This document shows positions 62,453 to 64,000 of a stretch of 64,000 nt of DNA, one piece after another. The position numbers and the translations under genes are program-made. The stretch lies in contig MU054117.1 in assembly GCA_013239625.1 (NCBI GenBank), positions 3,150,677-3,214,676 of the forward strand, in the 5' to 3' direction. This stretch comes from Lama guanicoe (lineage: Eukaryota). The notes below the pieces were generated by a model that worked only from the letters and a program-made list of their open reading frames with translations, was not told the DNA's origin and did no database searches. The first letter of the stretch is position 1. The number at the start of each line of letters is the position of its first letter.

Positions 62453-64000
62453 CATCAAGCCAATCCTCGGCATACCCCCTAAATCCTCTTTTTTCTCCCA
62501 CTAAACCCTCCTGCCTTCATCCTGTGACAACTGTTATCCAGCCATCTTCTTCCCTGCCCATCAGGAGTTCTTCGTTTGTTCATTTCAGTCACTCACACCT
62601 GCTCTAAGCAGAGACGCCGCATCTATGTGGAGTCTGCCTGTGCTCCGCACCGAGGAGGACACCGTTCCTACCTTCCACTAGACATGTGGTCTTCAGGAAG
62701 CCTGGTGGGCGAGGCAGCGCAGAGAGTGACCGTCCCCAGACCTCAGAGGAGGGGCCATCCCCTGGTTAGCTCAGGCCTGTTCTCATCTTCCTGCCTCCCG
62801 GCTCTTTTTGTGGCTTTGAAAAATAAATACATGCCAAGGGCCAAGGGTTGGGGTTGTTGGGAGAAGGACCAGGTCCCGGTGGAGGCATGGTCTGGCTGCA
62901 GCGGGACTCTGCAGGTCGTTGGGTGATGGCTGGTGACCACCTTGAGCCTAAAGAGAAAAGGAGCGAATGTTTGGTGTCACTTCAGGGTCCGTAAGCCCAG
63001 GAGGCACTGAGGAAGGCGGAGCAGCTACAGCAGAAGCTGCGGTTGTAGGTTTACAGCTGTGCTGAAAGACTGCAGAGGGCCGCCGGGGCCTGGACGCAGA
63101 AGGCCCTGAGTGGCTGGGGAGGGGCCAGCCTCGATCTCACGGGCCGCGCAACGTCGTGATTCACGGTGTGTCATGAGGTCGTGTCTGGAGAAGCAGAGGG
63201 AGGAGGGTGGGCTTACTGGCTGCTCCGTGGCTGCAGCACCCAAGGGCCCCAGTGCCACTGTTTCTGGGCAGCAAAACTGATAACCGTTTGGAACCCTGAG
63301 CGATGCTGGGCACACACCCGCATTCACTCACACACACAGAGAACCTCAGTAAATCGCCCATGTGAGGAATGAATGAGTCTCTTACGTGTGTGGAAACAGA
63401 AGAGTTATCGAGAACACGTTACAGGTGGAAGGGGCACACCTTGGACATTGAGATGCATCTTTTTCCACTCTGCCCCCAGAAATTCGGAAACGAGGAAAAT
63501 AAAACCGCCCTCAGAGGGTAAAACCGTGGAGTGAGCACACAGGGCCCCAGAGCAGGGCTCGCAGGTACCTTCAGGGGAGAGTAAGTCTCCGGCATCCAGC
63601 CTCCATCTGGGGGACTGTCCGCACAAAAGGACGGTCAGTCCTCAGGGGGACACGGGTCAGCCACAGAAACACAGAAGAAAGCGGCGTCCTAGCAGGAGTC
63701 CAGCGTCCTGGCTCGGGGAGGGTATGTGGGTCCTTCCTGCGGGGACGGACCCATCAGGTCACCATCCCACGACGCCCTCGCACGTGTCCATCCTACAGCT
63801 AACCTCTGCGCTTCCGTTCTGTGTCCACCGGGCAGCCGCATGACTGTGACCTGACTTCCCGAGCACGTTGCCCTCAGGCAGAGGATGGACGTTCGCCCCG
63901 AGCAGCTCCATTTGGATGTCACAGCTGTCTCTGCTGGGGTGGGACGGCTGTCTGTCCTGCGGTGGTTCAGGGCAGGAGCAGCAGGATGGAAGACCAAGTA

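Overview
Mammalian genomic DNA, almost certainly from a camelid: it carries two tRNA-Ala-type vic-1-like SINEs and cetartiodactyl-type L1 3' ends. It looks like a short-read assembly, with six N-gaps. I cannot recognise any known protein-coding gene. Nearly all ORF-track entries are chance ORFs in GC-rich DNA, and the only ones with recognisable protein similarity are decayed LINE-1 ORF2 pieces. The window has a CpG-island promoter at about 2.4-3.4 kb with a 29-bp-period array of CCAAT boxes, and its probable first exon is lost in a gap. There are smaller CpG-rich promoter/enhancer-like elements at about 13.0, 15.2, 24.3 and 39.0 kb and a chain of candidate + strand exons at 8.6-15.8 kb. Several repeat-free, motif-dense blocks look like developmental enhancers (TALE/TCF, homeodomain and octamer motifs), and there is one good CTCF site. 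The rest is heavy, often nested MIR/L2/L1/MER/MLT repeats, some with local A/T-to-G/C drift suggestive of GC-biased gene conversion. No clearly novel biological system is demonstrable from the sequence alone. Repeat family names and boundaries were called by eye and are approximate.
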